Positions 8,348-17,955 are shown, counted from the stretch's first letter. The stretch: DNA of 32,000 nucleotides from Pseudidiomarina andamanensis (GCF_009734345.1 NZ_CP032551.1:2070001-2102000), one strand, 5' to 3'. The notes: generated by a model from the sequence alone, not told the origin. Translations and numbers: made by a program.

Positions 8348-8950
8348 TCAGTCTGCCGATGTTGCTGCTTCAAACGTAGCAAGCACATCCGGTTGAGCAT
8401 TGGCTGTCATATCGTACATGGTGTATGACAAAGTCAACGTGTGTATATGTTTAGGAATGTCAGGGTCTAAATAGAACTGCATTGGCATTTTTGTATCCGC
8501 ACCTGCAGCAAGTGGCTGCTGGTTAAAGCAAAAACATTCAGTTTTATTCAAATACAAACCAGCTTCCCCCGGAGCAACTGAAGGAATCGCTTGCGCGACC
8601 ATGTTTTGCCCCGTTGGATTGCTTGCCAAAAAATTGACGACTTTGGTTTCGCCCGGATGGACACGAACTGATTTCACTTCCGGTTCGAAACCCCACGGCA
8701 TTCCTTTATTAACCCGAGTTATAAATTGCACATTAATGGTGCGTGACGTGTCGACACTGCGCATATTTGCGGCGGCTTGCTCATTCTTTGTGCGGCCGTT
8801 GAATCCGGTAATATCGCAAAACACTTCATACAGCGGCACCAGTGCAAAGCCGAAACCAAACATGCCGACGACCACAAAAAGTAAGCGTCGCACAACGCGC
8901 GCATTGTCTGCGCGCGGTGCTGGGTTTGGTGTTGGGCTATTGGTAGTCAT
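8348..8950 (-). CDS. ctaG: Cytochrome c oxidase assembly protein Cox11/CtaG (CuB insertion)
   Basis: N-terminal TM helix with the LYEVFCDITGFNG motif, and the conserved CFCF copper-binding motif (TECFCFNQQ). Confidence 0.93.
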   Translation of the reverse strand: MTTNSPTPNPAPRADNARVVRRLLFVVVGMFGFGFALVPLYEVFCDITGFNGRTKNEQAAANMRSVDTSRTINVQFITRVNKGMPWGFEPEVKSVRVHPGETKVVNFLASNPTGQNMVAQAIPSVAPGEAGLYLNKTECFCFNQQPLAAGADTKMPMQFYLDPDIPKHIHTLTLSYTMYDMTANAQPDVLATFEAATSAD

Positions 8951-8952
8951 GA

Positions 8953-10539
8953 CTACTTCACCTCAGGTGGTGTTTCAAAGGTGTGGTATGGCGCCGGTGA
9001 TGGTACCGTCCACTCTAGACCTTCTGCACCTTCCCATGGTTTTGCTGACGCTTTCTCGCCGCCACGCACACATTTGATGACAACAGCTAAGAAAATTAAC
9101 TGTGAGAGACCAAATGCGAAGCCGCCGATACTAACAATCTGGTTAATATCTGCGAATTGCAGCGAGTAGTCAGGGATACGACGTGGCATACCCGCAAGAC
9201 CAGCAAAATGCATTGGGAAGAACAGCACGTTGACCGAAATCAGCGACGTCCAGAAATGCCACTTCGCCAACGTCTCGTTGTACATATGACCAGTCCATTT
9301 CGGTAGCCAGTAGTATGCCGCTGCCATAATCGAGAAGATGGCACCCGTAACGAGTACATAATGGAAGTGTGCGACCACGAAGTAAGTATCGTGATACTGG
9401 AAGTCAACTGGGGTAATCGCAAGCATCAAGCCTGAGAAACCGCCAATGGTGAAAAGAATCACGAATGCTAGCGCAAACAACATTGGCGTTTCAAAGGTTA
9501 TTGAACCGCGCCACATGGTGGCTACCCAGTTGAATACTTTCACCCCTGTTGGTACCGAAATTAGCATGGTGGCGTACATGAAGAAAATTTCCGCCGCCAC
9601 TGGCATACCCGTGGTGAACATATGGTGAGCCCAAACAATGAAGCTCAGGCCTGCAATGGCTGCCGTTGCGTAAACCATCGACGAGTAACCAAACAATTTC
9701 TTACGTGAAAATGCGGGGATAATCGCGGAGATGATACCAAATGACGGTAAAATCATGATGTACACTTCGGGATGCCCAAAGAACCAGAAAATATGCTGGA
9801 ACAATACAGGGTCACCACCGCCGGCTGCATCAAAGAAGCTGGTACCGAAGTATTTGTCGGTGAGTACCATGGTGACCGCACCGGCAAGCACTGGCATAAC
9901 TGCAATCAGCAAGAATGCGGTGATAAACCATGTCCACACGAACAGTGGCATTTTCATGTAGGTCATGCCCGGTGCGCGCATGTTCATAATGGTAACAATC
10001 ACGTTAATTGCGCCCATAATGGACGAAATACCCATGATGTGAACCGAGAACACGAACAATGCCGTTGAATCGCTACTGTAGGTAGTTGAAAGTGGTGCGT
10101 AGAAGGTCCAGCCAAATGCTGGGCCGCCGCCTTCCATAAACAACGAAGCAAGCAGGATTGCAAACGCAAACGGTAGAATCCAGAAGCTCCAGTTGTTCAT
10201 GCGTGGCAATGCCATATCTGGTGCACCAATCATCATTGGTACCATCCAGTTAGCAAGGCCTGTGAAAGCCGGCATAACCGCACCAAATACCATAATCAGA
10301 CCATGAACGGTCGTCATTTGGTTAAAGAAGTGCGGCTCTACAAGTTGTAAACCTGGCTGGAATAGCTCGGCGCGGATAACCATCGCCATTGAACCGCCAA
10401 CCAAGAACATGATGAAACTGAACCATAAGTACATTGAACCAATGTCTTTGTGGTTCGTCGTGAATAACCAACGGGTAATACCCGATGGCGCGTGGTGGTG
10501 ATGATCGTGATGATCCATCTCGCCAGCAACTGTGCTCAT
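8953..10539 (-). CDS. coxA: Cytochrome c oxidase subunit I (heme-copper oxidase, aa3 type)
   Basis: 528 aa. Diagnostic motifs: [18 protein letters not shown] (CuB His and cross-linked Tyr), HHMFT, VAHFHYV. Confidence 0.98.
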   Translation of the reverse strand: MSTVAGEMDHHDHHHHAPSGITRWLFTTNHKDIGSMYLWFSFIMFLVGGSMAMVIRAELFQPGLQLVEPHFFNQMTTVHGLIMVFGAVMPAFTGLANWMVPMMIGAPDMALPRMNNWSFWILPFAFAILLASLFMEGGGPAFGWTFYAPLSTTYSSDSTALFVFSVHIMGISSIMGAINVIVTIMNMRAPGMTYMKMPLFVWTWFITAFLLIAVMPVLAGAVTMVLTDKYFGTSFFDAAGGGDPVLFQHIFWFFGHPEVYIMILPSFGIISAIIPAFSRKKLFGYSSMVYATAAIAGLSFIVWAHHMFTTGMPVAAEIFFMYATMLISVPTGVKVFNWVATMWRGSITFETPMLFALAFVILFTIGGFSGLMLAITPVDFQYHDTYFVVAHFHYVLVTGAIFSIMAAAYYWLPKWTGHMYNETLAKWHFWTSLISVNVLFFPMHFAGLAGMPRRIPDYSLQFADINQIVSIGGFAFGLSQLIFLAVVIKCVRGGEKASAKPWEGAEGLEWTVPSPAPYHTFETPPEVK

Positions 10540-10551
10540 ATCGGGTCTCCC

Positions 10552-11673
10552 TTACTTATTCAAAAATTCATTAACGTCAGCGGCCTGAATCAGGTCGCCA
10601 GTGTCATTACCCCAAGCATTACGCTCGTAGGTGATAACTGCCGCAAGCTCACGTAAGCTCAACTGATTACCGAACGCTTGCATGGCGGTGCCAGATTTAC
10701 CATTCACAACAATGTTGATATGGCCGGCTTTGTCGTTCATAACCATATTGGTGCCTTTCAAGCTTGGGAATACGCCCGGAATACCTTCACCACTTGGTTG
10801 GTGACAGGCAGCACAGCTACCCAGATAGACACGTTCGCCGAGTTCCATCAGCTCATCTTTACTCATCGACATAGATAGTAGACGTTGCTCTTCTTCTTTC
10901 TCGGCTTTAGCAATGGCTTCCTGTTCGTTTATCCATGCCTCGTACTCAGCCGGCTCTTTCGCGATAACAACAACCGGCATAAAGCCGTGGTCTTTACCAC
11001 AAAGTTCCGCGCACTGACCACGATAGATACCTGGCTCGTCAACTTTAGTCCACGCTTCGTTAATAAAGCCTGGGTTAGCGTCTTTCTTCACAGCAAAATC
11101 TGGTACCCACCACGAGTGGATAACATCATCTGACGTGACTAAGAAGCGAACCTTGGTATCGGTTGGGATAACTAACGGACGGTCGACTTCAAGCAAATAG
11201 TTTTCGCCTTTGTCGAGACGGTTGTTGATTTGATCTTGGCGAGTGGCTAGCAAACTATAATATTCAACATCGCTGTCGAAGTATTTGTAATGCCATTTCC
11301 ACTGTGAACCTGTCACCAATACAGTCACTTCAGCCTCAGACGTGTCTTCCATAGCAAACAGTGTCTTGGTAGCTGGAATGGCCATACCGACCAGAATCAA
11401 AAATGGGATAACGGTCCACAGAATCTCAACTTTCACGTTCTCATGGAACGTGGCTGGTTTGTGGCCTTTCGATTTACGGTGCAAGATCATGGAAACAAAC
11501 ATGGCACCGAAAACGATGACACCTATCACACAGCAAATATAAAAAATCGTCATGTGTAGGTCGTAAACGCGTTGACTGATCTCGGTAACACCTTGAGTCA
11601 GGTTCAACTGCGATTGCGCACTAGCAGCAAGTGGAATACTCGCTAATAGCGCAGTGATGAGTCTAGTACTCAC
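10552..11673 (-). CDS. coxB: Cytochrome c oxidase subunit II with a fused C-terminal monoheme cytochrome c domain
   Basis: CuA ligand set HSWWVPDF ... CAELCGKDHGFM, and a C-terminal CAACH heme c motif. I chose the GTG at 11673 because GAGGAG (11681-11686 on the minus strand) lies 7 nt upstream. The ORF-track GTG at 11712 has no Shine-Dalgarno. Confidence 0.95.
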   Translation of the reverse strand: MSTRLITALLASIPLAASAQSQLNLTQGVTEISQRVYDLHMTIFYICCVIGVIVFGAMFVSMILHRKSKGHKPATFHENVKVEILWTVIPFLILVGMAIPATKTLFAMEDTSEAEVTVLVTGSQWKWHYKYFDSDVEYYSLLATRQDQINNRLDKGENYLLEVDRPLVIPTDTKVRFLVTSDDVIHSWWVPDFAVKKDANPGFINEAWTKVDEPGIYRGQCAELCGKDHGFMPVVVIAKEPAEYEAWINEQEAIAKAEKEEEQRLLSMSMSKDELMELGERVYLGSCAACHQPSGEGIPGVFPSLKGTNMVMNDKAGHINIVVNGKSGTAMQAFGNQLSLRELAAVITYERNAWGNDTGDLIQAADVNEFLNK

Positions 11674-11921
11674 GCGACATCTCCTCTCATTCTTCCGACG
11701 TGGTTTTCCCACGAATACACCGAAGTGCGAGCCTGAAGAACAACGAGGTGAGCAGAAAAAGGAACAGCATTTCAGAAGAAAATCGCTTTCCCCACTAACC
11801 CTTTGTTGTTATGTATCAATGATTATTATTGTTTATTGTGTTAGCAGTTAATGCACATTCAAAATACCATTTTCTGGTGAAAAAGAAACCGCCATTTCGA
11901 ATAATTTTTACATTCGCGTAT

Positions 11922-11945
11922 AAAAAAAGGGCTGCACTGCAGCCC
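11922..11945 (-). terminator. Intrinsic terminator of the lexA-sulA operon
   Basis: On the minus strand, GGGCTGCA-G-TGCAGCCC (11929-11945) is followed by TTTTTTT (11922-11928). It starts 27 nt after the sulA stop codon. Confidence 0.65.
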
Positions 11946-11971
11946 TCAACTGACAACCTTCACAAGCAGGA

Positions 11972-12391
11972 TTAGTGGAGTGGGGGAAGTGAAGGTAAAT
12001 CATTAAACACAAAACTGTGAGTGTGGCTGACTTTACTCGCCATTTTTAAGCGTTGCTGCATGCGTGGGGACAGGTCGCCCAACCAGCTCAGTACAAGACT
12101 ACTTGTGCCAGCGAGTAGCGCCTGTTCCGTCGCCCATTCACGTTCATCCTGATTACGACCATGAACCCAGCGAATGCGTGTGCGGCTGATACCTGCTGCA
12201 ACGAGCTGTTCAATCACTTCACGACGAGCACCGATCACGGTCACCCATTGATGCGTGCGCAACGACAAGGCATGCAGGCGCGGTAACAGGCTCTCTAAAT
12301 CGGTCTGACTAGCCGAAAGCTCTGGTGCCGCTGACCAAATGTCAAAACCTGAATCATTCAATTGATTGCCAAATTGATTTCTCATAACCAT
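11972..12391 (-). CDS. sulA: SulA-like SOS cell division inhibitor
   Basis: 139 aa, immediately downstream of and overlapping lexA. Candidate ATGs are at 12391 and at 12385 (the latter an ATGA overlap with the lexA stop codon). The segment [31 protein letters not shown]...[20 protein letters not shown] parallels E. coli SulA [22 protein letters not shown]...RALRTGNYSVVIGWLADDL, quoted from memory. A lexA-sulA operon is known in Pseudomonas. Confidence 0.68.
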   Translation of the reverse strand: MVMRNQFGNQLNDSGFDIWSAAPELSASQTDLESLLPRLHALSLRTHQWVTVIGARREVIEQLVAAGISRTRIRWVHGRNQDEREWATEQALLAGTSSLVLSWLGDLSPRMQQRLKMASKVSHTHSFVFNDLPSLPPLH

Positions 12392-13002
12392 GCTCCGTTG
12401 CGGATCACACCAACAGCTAACCCTTCAATAGTGAAGTACTGATGGGTGAGATCGACTTGAATAGGTGAAAATTCTTCATTCTCTGGGTGCAGCAAAATGA
12501 TGTTGCCGCGACGCTCAAATCGTTTCACAGTGACGTCATCTTCGACGCGAGCGACAATAATCTGCCCATTACGTGCTTCATGTGTTTTGTGCACAGCGAG
12601 CAAATCACCGTCTAAAATACCGATGTCTTTCATACTCATACCGTTAACGCGTAATAAGAAATCGGCGTGCGGTTTAAACAAGTTCTGATCGACTTGATAG
12701 TGACTTTCGATGTGTTCTTGCGCCAAAATAGGCTCACCGGCCGCGACCTGACCGATTAACGGCAAGCCTTCAGGAACTTCTTCCTCTTCGATGCCAACTA
12801 ACCGAATACCGCGAGACATGCCGGGCATCATCTCTATCACGCCTTTCTTGGCTAAAGCTTTTAAATGCTCTTCAGCGGCATTTGCAGACTTAAAACCAAG
12901 ACGCTGAGCTATTTCAGCACGTGTTGGCGGCATGCCAGTCGCATCAATATTGTCTTTGATGAGATCAAGAATTTGCTGTTGTCGAGGCGTTAATGGTCGC
13001 AT
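12382..13002 (-). CDS. lexA: LexA repressor (S24 autopeptidase)
   Basis: 206 aa. It has the N-terminal winged HTH ([12 protein letters not shown]...[30 protein letters not shown]), the AG cleavage site in VAAGEPI, catalytic Ser in GMSM and Lys in VKRF. Confidence 0.97.
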   Translation of the reverse strand: MRPLTPRQQQILDLIKDNIDATGMPPTRAEIAQRLGFKSANAAEEHLKALAKKGVIEMMPGMSRGIRLVGIEEEEVPEGLPLIGQVAAGEPILAQEHIESHYQVDQNLFKPHADFLLRVNGMSMKDIGILDGDLLAVHKTHEARNGQIIVARVEDDVTVKRFERRGNIILLHPENEEFSPIQVDLTHQYFTIEGLAVGVIRNGAWL

Positions 13003-13008
13003 TTGAAT

Positions 13009-13028
13009 ACCTGTTTATCCATACAGTG
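13009..13028 (-). promoter_or_regulatory. SOS box (LexA operator), proximal to lexA
   Basis: CTGT-N8-ACAG: CTGTTTATCCATACAG at 13011-13026. It begins 9 nt upstream of the lexA ATG. Confidence 0.85.
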
Positions 13029-13029
13029 A

Positions 13030-13049
13030 TACTGTGAGTATATACAGGT
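13030..13049 (-). promoter_or_regulatory. SOS box (LexA operator), distal to lexA
   Basis: TACTGTGAGTATATACAGGT. Its reverse complement contains the core CTGTATATACTCACAG, which is identical to the E. coli lexA box 1 core as I remember it. Confidence 0.88.
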
Positions 13050-13148
13050 GTTTTGGTTTCGCAACTTTTTTGTGCAAATTTTTTTCATTCAGACAAATTC
13101 AAGCAACAGTGGTATGCTTTATACGTTTGTATTTTGTGGGGATATTGC

Positions 13149-15596
13149 ATGAGTCTGAAAGGCTTTTGGCGCGCTGTATTGCACTGGCCGGTGCGCTGGT
13201 TAACGCGTTTTGAAACAATTCTAGATGACACAACAGCACAAGTTGTTGGTGATAACAATGTCGTTTACGTGATGCGTTCAACGTCAAACACCGACATGCT
13301 CGTTGCGCAGCGCGCATTGAAGCAGGCGGGGTTACCTGACCCTACCGAAGACCTGATAGTCAATGGGCAACAGTTGGCTCGTGTGATGTACCTTGATCAA
13401 ACGGATCATGGGTCGGCTGAAAAGGCTATTGAAGATTTTGAAAAACTCATTTCAGCCCATCAAAAAGATCAGCAGCTTAATGTCAAAGTGGTTCCGATAG
13501 GCCTATTTTGGGGACGTAAACCCGGTCAAGAGGCGCGCCAGGGGCATACCATGGTTGCTGACATTGATAACCCTGGTCATTGGCGTAAGTTTTGGCTGAC
13601 AATGTTTTCTGGTCGTCATATTTTGATCCGCGCAAGCTCACCAGTGCACCTCCGTGAAATGGCTGAACAACGAGGGTCCACCCAACGCTTAGCCCACAAA
13701 TTAGCACGCGTCGCACGGGTTCATTTTGTGCGTTTACGCCACGCCGTAGCCGGACCAAAGATGACCGAACGCGCCGTCGTCATTCAAGATTTGCTCGATA
13801 CTCCGGCCTTAAAGCAAGCAATTGCCGATGAAGCGCGCAGTAAAAAGATAACTGAGCAACAGGCGCGCAAAACCGCAGAGAAATATCTGCATGAAATAGC
13901 AGCAAATTACAGCGATACGCTGGTTCGCTTGCTTGATCGCTTCATGACTTGGTGTTGGAGCCGTATCTACAACGGTATCCATATTGAAGGTGGTGAACGC
14001 ATTCGCGAACTTGCCGAAGCCGGCCACGAAATCGTATATGTTCCGTGTCACCGTTCACACATGGACTATCTACTTTTAAGCTATGTGATCTATAAAGAAG
14101 GTCTCGTTCCACCACACATTGCAGCTGGCGTGAACTTAGATTTTTTCCCAGCAGGCCCCCTGTTCCGTCGTGGCGGCGCATTCTTTATTCGTCGTAGCTT
14201 CCGCGGCAACAAACTCTATTCCACGGTATTTCGCGAGTATTTAAACCGACTATTCCAAAAAGGCTATCCAGTTGAGTACTTCACGGAAGGTGGACGTAGT
14301 CGAACGGGGCGTTTGTTACCGCCGAAAACCGGTATGGTAGCGATGACTGTTCAAGGTATGCTCCGCGGGCAGCAACGTCCAATGTCATTGGTTCCTGTTT
14401 ATTTGGGCTATGAACACGTGATGGAAGTGGGTACTTACCTGAAAGAGCTCAAAGGTAAGTCAAAAGAAAAAGAATCGGTGTGGCAGGTTATAAGCAGCCT
14501 GCGTCATTTACGTAATTTTGGGCAAGGCTATGTTAGCTTTGGTGAGCCAATTAATCTTGGCGAAGCGCTCGAGAAGTTACAGCCAAATTGGCGTGACTCA
14601 ATAACGACTGGCGCGGAAGAACCAGAGCGTCCGAAGTGGCTGACACCGACGGTCAACCTATTAGCTGATCAGATTATGTGTCGCATTAATAACTCAGCGG
14701 CATTCAATAGCGTTAACTTATGCGCGCTGGCTATTCTTAGCTCTGAGCATCATGCGCTAACCCGCGAAGAGCTTGTAAGCCAATTGAATTTATACACGCG
14801 CATCATGCGCGAAGTGCCATACAGCAAAGATGCTTACGTGCCAGAAGAAGATGGTGAGCAGCTATGGCAACTCGCGAAAAAACACGACAAATTTATTGTT
14901 GAAGCCGACGGCATTGGCGAACTGATCCGTCTGGATGGTTCGACCGCCATTGCGATGACTTACTACCGTAATAACATCATGCATATGGTGATTGTACCGG
15001 CGCTATTGGCGGCTTTTGCATTAGGTCATAAGCGCTTTAGTGCGGATGCGGCGGTGAAGTTGTTAACGCAATTACATCCGCTGTTGCAAAGCGAACTATT
15101 TATTAGCCATAACGCCGAGGATATGACGTTATGGGTCAATGCACTACTTGAACAATATGTTCAATGCGGCCTTATTACCGACGCCGGTGATGGCACATTT
15201 GCTGTGGCGAAACGAGACTCGCGCACCTATTCGCAATTGGTATTGCTGGCACGTAGCTCGAGCGAGACGGCGCAGCGTTACGCTATCGTGTTGGAGTTGT
15301 TGCAGCAGGCTCAGCCTATTTCACGAAGCAACCTTGAGCAGCACTCGGTGCAGCTTGCTGAGCGCTTAAGTGCAATTCATGGTGTCAACGCGCCAGAGTT
15401 CTTCGACAAGAAGGTGCTAAGTACATTAATTGGGACTCTCAAATCTGAAGGCTATTTCAGTGTGATTGATTCGGGTGAGATGATGGCTGACCATCGCGTT
15501 GGTGAATTAAGTGACGCCGTGGATTTATTATTGGAGCCAGCTGTTTTACAAACTATTCGTCAATCGGTGAAGCAACTGGTTAACGCGGAGAGTTAA
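13149..15596 (+). CDS. plsB: Glycerol-3-phosphate 1-O-acyltransferase
   Basis: 815 aa counted from the ATG at 13149; the ORF-track TTG at 13053 would run into the SOS boxes. It has the acyltransferase H(X)4D motif VPCHRSHMDYLL, then FFIRRSF and YFTEGGRSRTGRLL blocks. It is divergent from lexA, as in E. coli. Confidence 0.97.
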   Translation: MSLKGFWRAVLHWPVRWLTRFETILDDTTAQVVGDNNVVYVMRSTSNTDMLVAQRALKQAGLPDPTEDLIVNGQQLARVMYLDQTDHGSAEKAIEDFEKLISAHQKDQQLNVKVVPIGLFWGRKPGQEARQGHTMVADIDNPGHWRKFWLTMFSGRHILIRASSPVHLREMAEQRGSTQRLAHKLARVARVHFVRLRHAVAGPKMTERAVVIQDLLDTPALKQAIADEARSKKITEQQARKTAEKYLHEIAANYSDTLVRLLDRFMTWCWSRIYNGIHIEGGERIRELAEAGHEIVYVPCHRSHMDYLLLSYVIYKEGLVPPHIAAGVNLDFFPAGPLFRRGGAFFIRRSFRGNKLYSTVFREYLNRLFQKGYPVEYFTEGGRSRTGRLLPPKTGMVAMTVQGMLRGQQRPMSLVPVYLGYEHVMEVGTYLKELKGKSKEKESVWQVISSLRHLRNFGQGYVSFGEPINLGEALEKLQPNWRDSITTGAEEPERPKWLTPTVNLLADQIMCRINNSAAFNSVNLCALAILSSEHHALTREELVSQLNLYTRIMREVPYSKDAYVPEEDGEQLWQLAKKHDKFIVEADGIGELIRLDGSTAIAMTYYRNNIMHMVIVPALLAAFALGHKRFSADAAVKLLTQLHPLLQSELFISHNAEDMTLWVNALLEQYVQCGLITDAGDGTFAVAKRDSRTYSQLVLLARSSSETAQRYAIVLELLQQAQPISRSNLEQHSVQLAERLSAIHGVNAPEFFDKKVLSTLIGTLKSEGYFSVIDSGEMMADHRVGELSDAVDLLLEPAVLQTIRQSVKQLVNAES

Positions 15597-15614
15597 CCAG
15601 TCTTTAGCCAGAAC

Positions 15615-16478
15615 CTAAAACCAATAATGCGCAGCAACAGCGAGGGTTAATACCCAGCCCACGTTGTTGTTGTGCAAGAACGCTTGAAAACAGCGCCCAG
15701 GCTCGCGGTACCAAATAAGATAATGTTGCCAGCTAAATAGCAACGCAATGATGACAAGACCCACCCAATAAACCCAATTAAGCAGCAATAAGTAACCTAG
15801 CCAGCCGAGCAAAGCCAGCGTGGCTATCTGTAACAAAGCGATGGCGAATTTATCGTGTCCAGCAAATAAAATCGCGGTGGATTTCACCCCAATTTTCAAA
15901 TCGTCCGCACGGTCTGCCATGGCGTATTCGGTGTCATACGCTACCGTCCATGCAATATTGGCGAAGAACAAAATCCATGCCACTAACGGTAGGCCTTGGT
16001 CGAGAGCGGTGAATGGCATGAGTACGCCAAAGCTAAAAGCCACCCCTAAAACCACCTGAGGTAGTTGCGTGAAGCGTTTACAAAACGGGTAAAGCGTTGC
16101 AACTGCGGCCGCCGCTATACTGAGTAAAACGGTCGCTCGATTGAATTGCAGTACAATGAGCAATGCAATGATTAACAGCACCCCAAACAGTGCCAACGCG
16201 TGCCAAGGCTTTAGTTCGCCCGTTGCCAGTGGGCGTAGTTTGGTGCGGCTAACATGGCCGTCAATGTTGCGGTCGGCGTAATCATTAATCACACAACCTG
16301 CTGAGCGCATCACAAATACGCCGAGCATAAATAAAACCACGGTGCGCAGCGGCGGGTTTCCTTCACCAGCAATGAGTAACGCCACCAACGTTGGCCAGCC
16401 AAGCAGCAAACTGCCAATAGGGCGGTCGGCGCGCATTAAACGCCAGCATGCACTAATGAATTGACCAACTTTGACCAT
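15615..16478 (-). CDS. ubiA: 4-hydroxybenzoate octaprenyltransferase
   Basis: 287 aa counted from the ATG at 16478, one nt after the ubiC stop codon. Motifs NDYADRNIDGHVSRT and YDTEYAMADRADD are the two Asp-rich UbiA motifs. Confidence 0.95.
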   Translation of the reverse strand: MVKVGQFISACWRLMRADRPIGSLLLGWPTLVALLIAGEGNPPLRTVVLFMLGVFVMRSAGCVINDYADRNIDGHVSRTKLRPLATGELKPWHALALFGVLLIIALLIVLQFNRATVLLSIAAAAVATLYPFCKRFTQLPQVVLGVAFSFGVLMPFTALDQGLPLVAWILFFANIAWTVAYDTEYAMADRADDLKIGVKSTAILFAGHDKFAIALLQIATLALLGWLGYLLLLNWVYWVGLVIIALLFSWQHYLIWYREPGRCFQAFLHNNNVGWVLTLAVAAHYWF

Positions 16479-16479
16479 G

Positions 16480-17088
16480 TTAAGCTTCCTTGTCTTGCAG
16501 CAATTGCATGAGTTTGGCGGGTACTGAATCGCCGATAAATACTTCGGCAACTAATACTTTCTGACCTGCGGCTTTGAAGCAGCTACGACGTCCCCACAAA
16601 TGTTGCGCTGGATAACCGAGCTGCTGATTGAGCTGACCAATAGGTGACTGTGGTGAAAAATGAGCGACTTCAATCGCGCCACGTTCGAGGTCTGATTGCG
16701 CAAATAAATGTGCACCAAGCGGCTTATTGCCTAGTTGCCCGAGCTGCAATGCCTGTTCATCTAGCGCACTTTGCGGAAACACACTACGTGCAAATACCCA
16801 CGGTTGCCCATCGCAGCACAATAATACTTCGCGAATAGCCGCGTGCTTGTCATCACCTAACCATTTGGCTTCATCGGGGCGAATACTGCCCGGTTGCTGA
16901 CCAAGTACTTGCACTTCAAAACTGTTGCAGTGGCGTTTGAGTTTGGCGGTAAGTGAATCTGGATCAAGAAGCCAGGCCTGAATGATTGAACTATCAGGCA
17001 GCGCTGCCTCATGTGCCAACACCCAATCGGCTTGCTGATGCGCACGAATAATCGGAAACTCAAGCTGTGCTAACGCGACGCTTTTCAT
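16480..17088 (-). CDS. ubiC: Chorismate pyruvate-lyase
   Basis: Lies directly upstream of ubiA. The segments WLLDPDSLTAKLK, REVLLCCDGQPWVFARSV, LGNKPLGAHLF and WGRRSCF parallel E. coli UbiC (WLLLEDSMTKRFE, REILLCADGEPWLAGRTV, LGKTPLGRYLF, WGRRSRL). Confidence 0.85.
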   Translation of the reverse strand: MKSVALAQLEFPIIRAHQQADWVLAHEAALPDSSIIQAWLLDPDSLTAKLKRHCNSFEVQVLGQQPGSIRPDEAKWLGDDKHAAIREVLLCCDGQPWVFARSVFPQSALDEQALQLGQLGNKPLGAHLFAQSDLERGAIEVAHFSPQSPIGQLNQQLGYPAQHLWGRRSCFKAAGQKVLVAEVFIGDSVPAKLMQLLQDKEA

Positions 17089-17094
17089 AAGTTG

Positions 17095-17955
17095 TTATTG
17101 AGAGCCATCTTTGCGGCTAGAATTTTGACCATAGAGGGTCAGTGCACGAATACCTGCACCAACTATCAGCCCCGAGATAAGCCCAGCTGTGTGTGCGGTA
17201 TTGGCGATGTTGACCCAAAGCAGACCGGTATAGCCAATCACCAACCAAACCAGCATAAAGATGATAAGACCGTTGGGTAAGAACAGTGGATGCCGTGGAT
17301 TCTTCCAACCAACCACTGTAGCAATACCAAATAAACCGTAAACTACACCTGACAGGCCACCAAAATATGGGCCGCTTTCAATAAACTGCGATGTATTCGA
17401 GGCTAGTGCGCAAAACAGAAAAGCGAGTATCAGCCACTTGCTGCCATAGTAACGCTCGAAACGACCACCAAGATACCACCACCAGAACACATTAAACACA
17501 ATATGTAGCACGCTGAAGTGCAATAGTGCCGGTGTGAAGAAACGCCAAGGTTGCGTCCATGGCATGGCTTCAAAACTGTCGGGATTAAATAAAAATGCGC
17601 CAAGAATTGGCTCAGCAAGAGGCGTTAATAAACCGGTAAAAGTAAGAATAACAACAGCGGCGTAACCTGCCGTAAACCAACCTGCCTGCTGCAAAAGTTG
17701 TTGGAGAAAACTTTGCGGCGCTGCGGTTTCGGGCTGCGCTTCAGCGTGTTCGAAAACCTCGGCTGTAGCGAGTTCTGGGTTGTCTTTAAATGCTTGAATA
17801 AGCGCTTTGGCATGGGCTTGGTAGCTCGATACCGTTAGCCAAAGCTCTAATTCGTCACCATGTTCACTGACCGTCACCGGAACATTATGGCGTTGCAGGT
17901 AGGCGTACAACACTGCCATTTCGTCGGCGTTTCGTGTGGTCAGTAATTTTCTCAT
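17095..17955 (-). CDS. glpG: Rhomboid family intramembrane serine protease GlpG
   Basis: Motifs WRFFTPALLHFSVLHIVFNVFWWWYLGG, catalytic Ser in GGLSGVVYG and catalytic His in AHTAGL are closely parallel to E. coli GlpG. The start ATG directly follows the glpE stop codon (TAAATG). Confidence 0.88.
   Translation of the reverse strand: MRKLLTTRNADEMAVLYAYLQRHNVPVTVSEHGDELELWLTVSSYQAHAKALIQAFKDNPELATAEVFEHAEAQPETAAPQSFLQQLLQQAGWFTAGYAAVVILTFTGLLTPLAEPILGAFLFNPDSFEAMPWTQPWRFFTPALLHFSVLHIVFNVFWWWYLGGRFERYYGSKWLILAFLFCALASNTSQFIESGPYFGGLSGVVYGLFGIATVVGWKNPRHPLFLPNGLIIFMLVWLVIGYTGLLWVNIANTAHTAGLISGLIVGAGIRALTLYGQNSSRKDGSQ

Noticed and set aside
8601-9077. A 158-aa plus-strand ORF antisense to the ctaG/coxA junction, plus similar long antisense ORFs at 4507-4812, 9772-10068, 1600-1866, 18795-19046 and 26901-27227.
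   Set aside because: Each lies entirely opposite a strongly conserved, motif-verified gene. None has a recognisable Shine-Dalgarno. All translate to low-complexity Arg/Ser/Thr/Pro-rich sequence, which is typical of antisense frames. I see no independent evidence of coding.
10552-11673. The fusion of CoxB with a cytochrome c domain, considered as a possible novelty.
   Set aside because: CuA subunit II with a C-terminal CxxCH domain is a well-known feature of many bacterial aa3/caa3-type oxidases, so it is annotated as a feature and not reported as a finding.
11654-11851. A 65-aa plus-strand ORF in the coxB upstream region.
   Set aside because: It starts inside the coxB N-terminal coding sequence on the opposite strand, has no Shine-Dalgarno, and has a low-complexity charged composition. 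The region is better explained as the coxB promoter and leader.
13053-13148. 5' extensions in the ORF track: plsB from a TTG at 13053, coaD from 20591, pckA from 22482, ubiA from 16550, the cox hypothetical from 6572, and coxB from 11712.
   Set aside because: In each case an internal ATG or GTG has a Shine-Dalgarno and reproduces the N-terminus of the well-known homologue. The extensions would run through operators, neighbouring genes or promoter regions, so the starts were trimmed.
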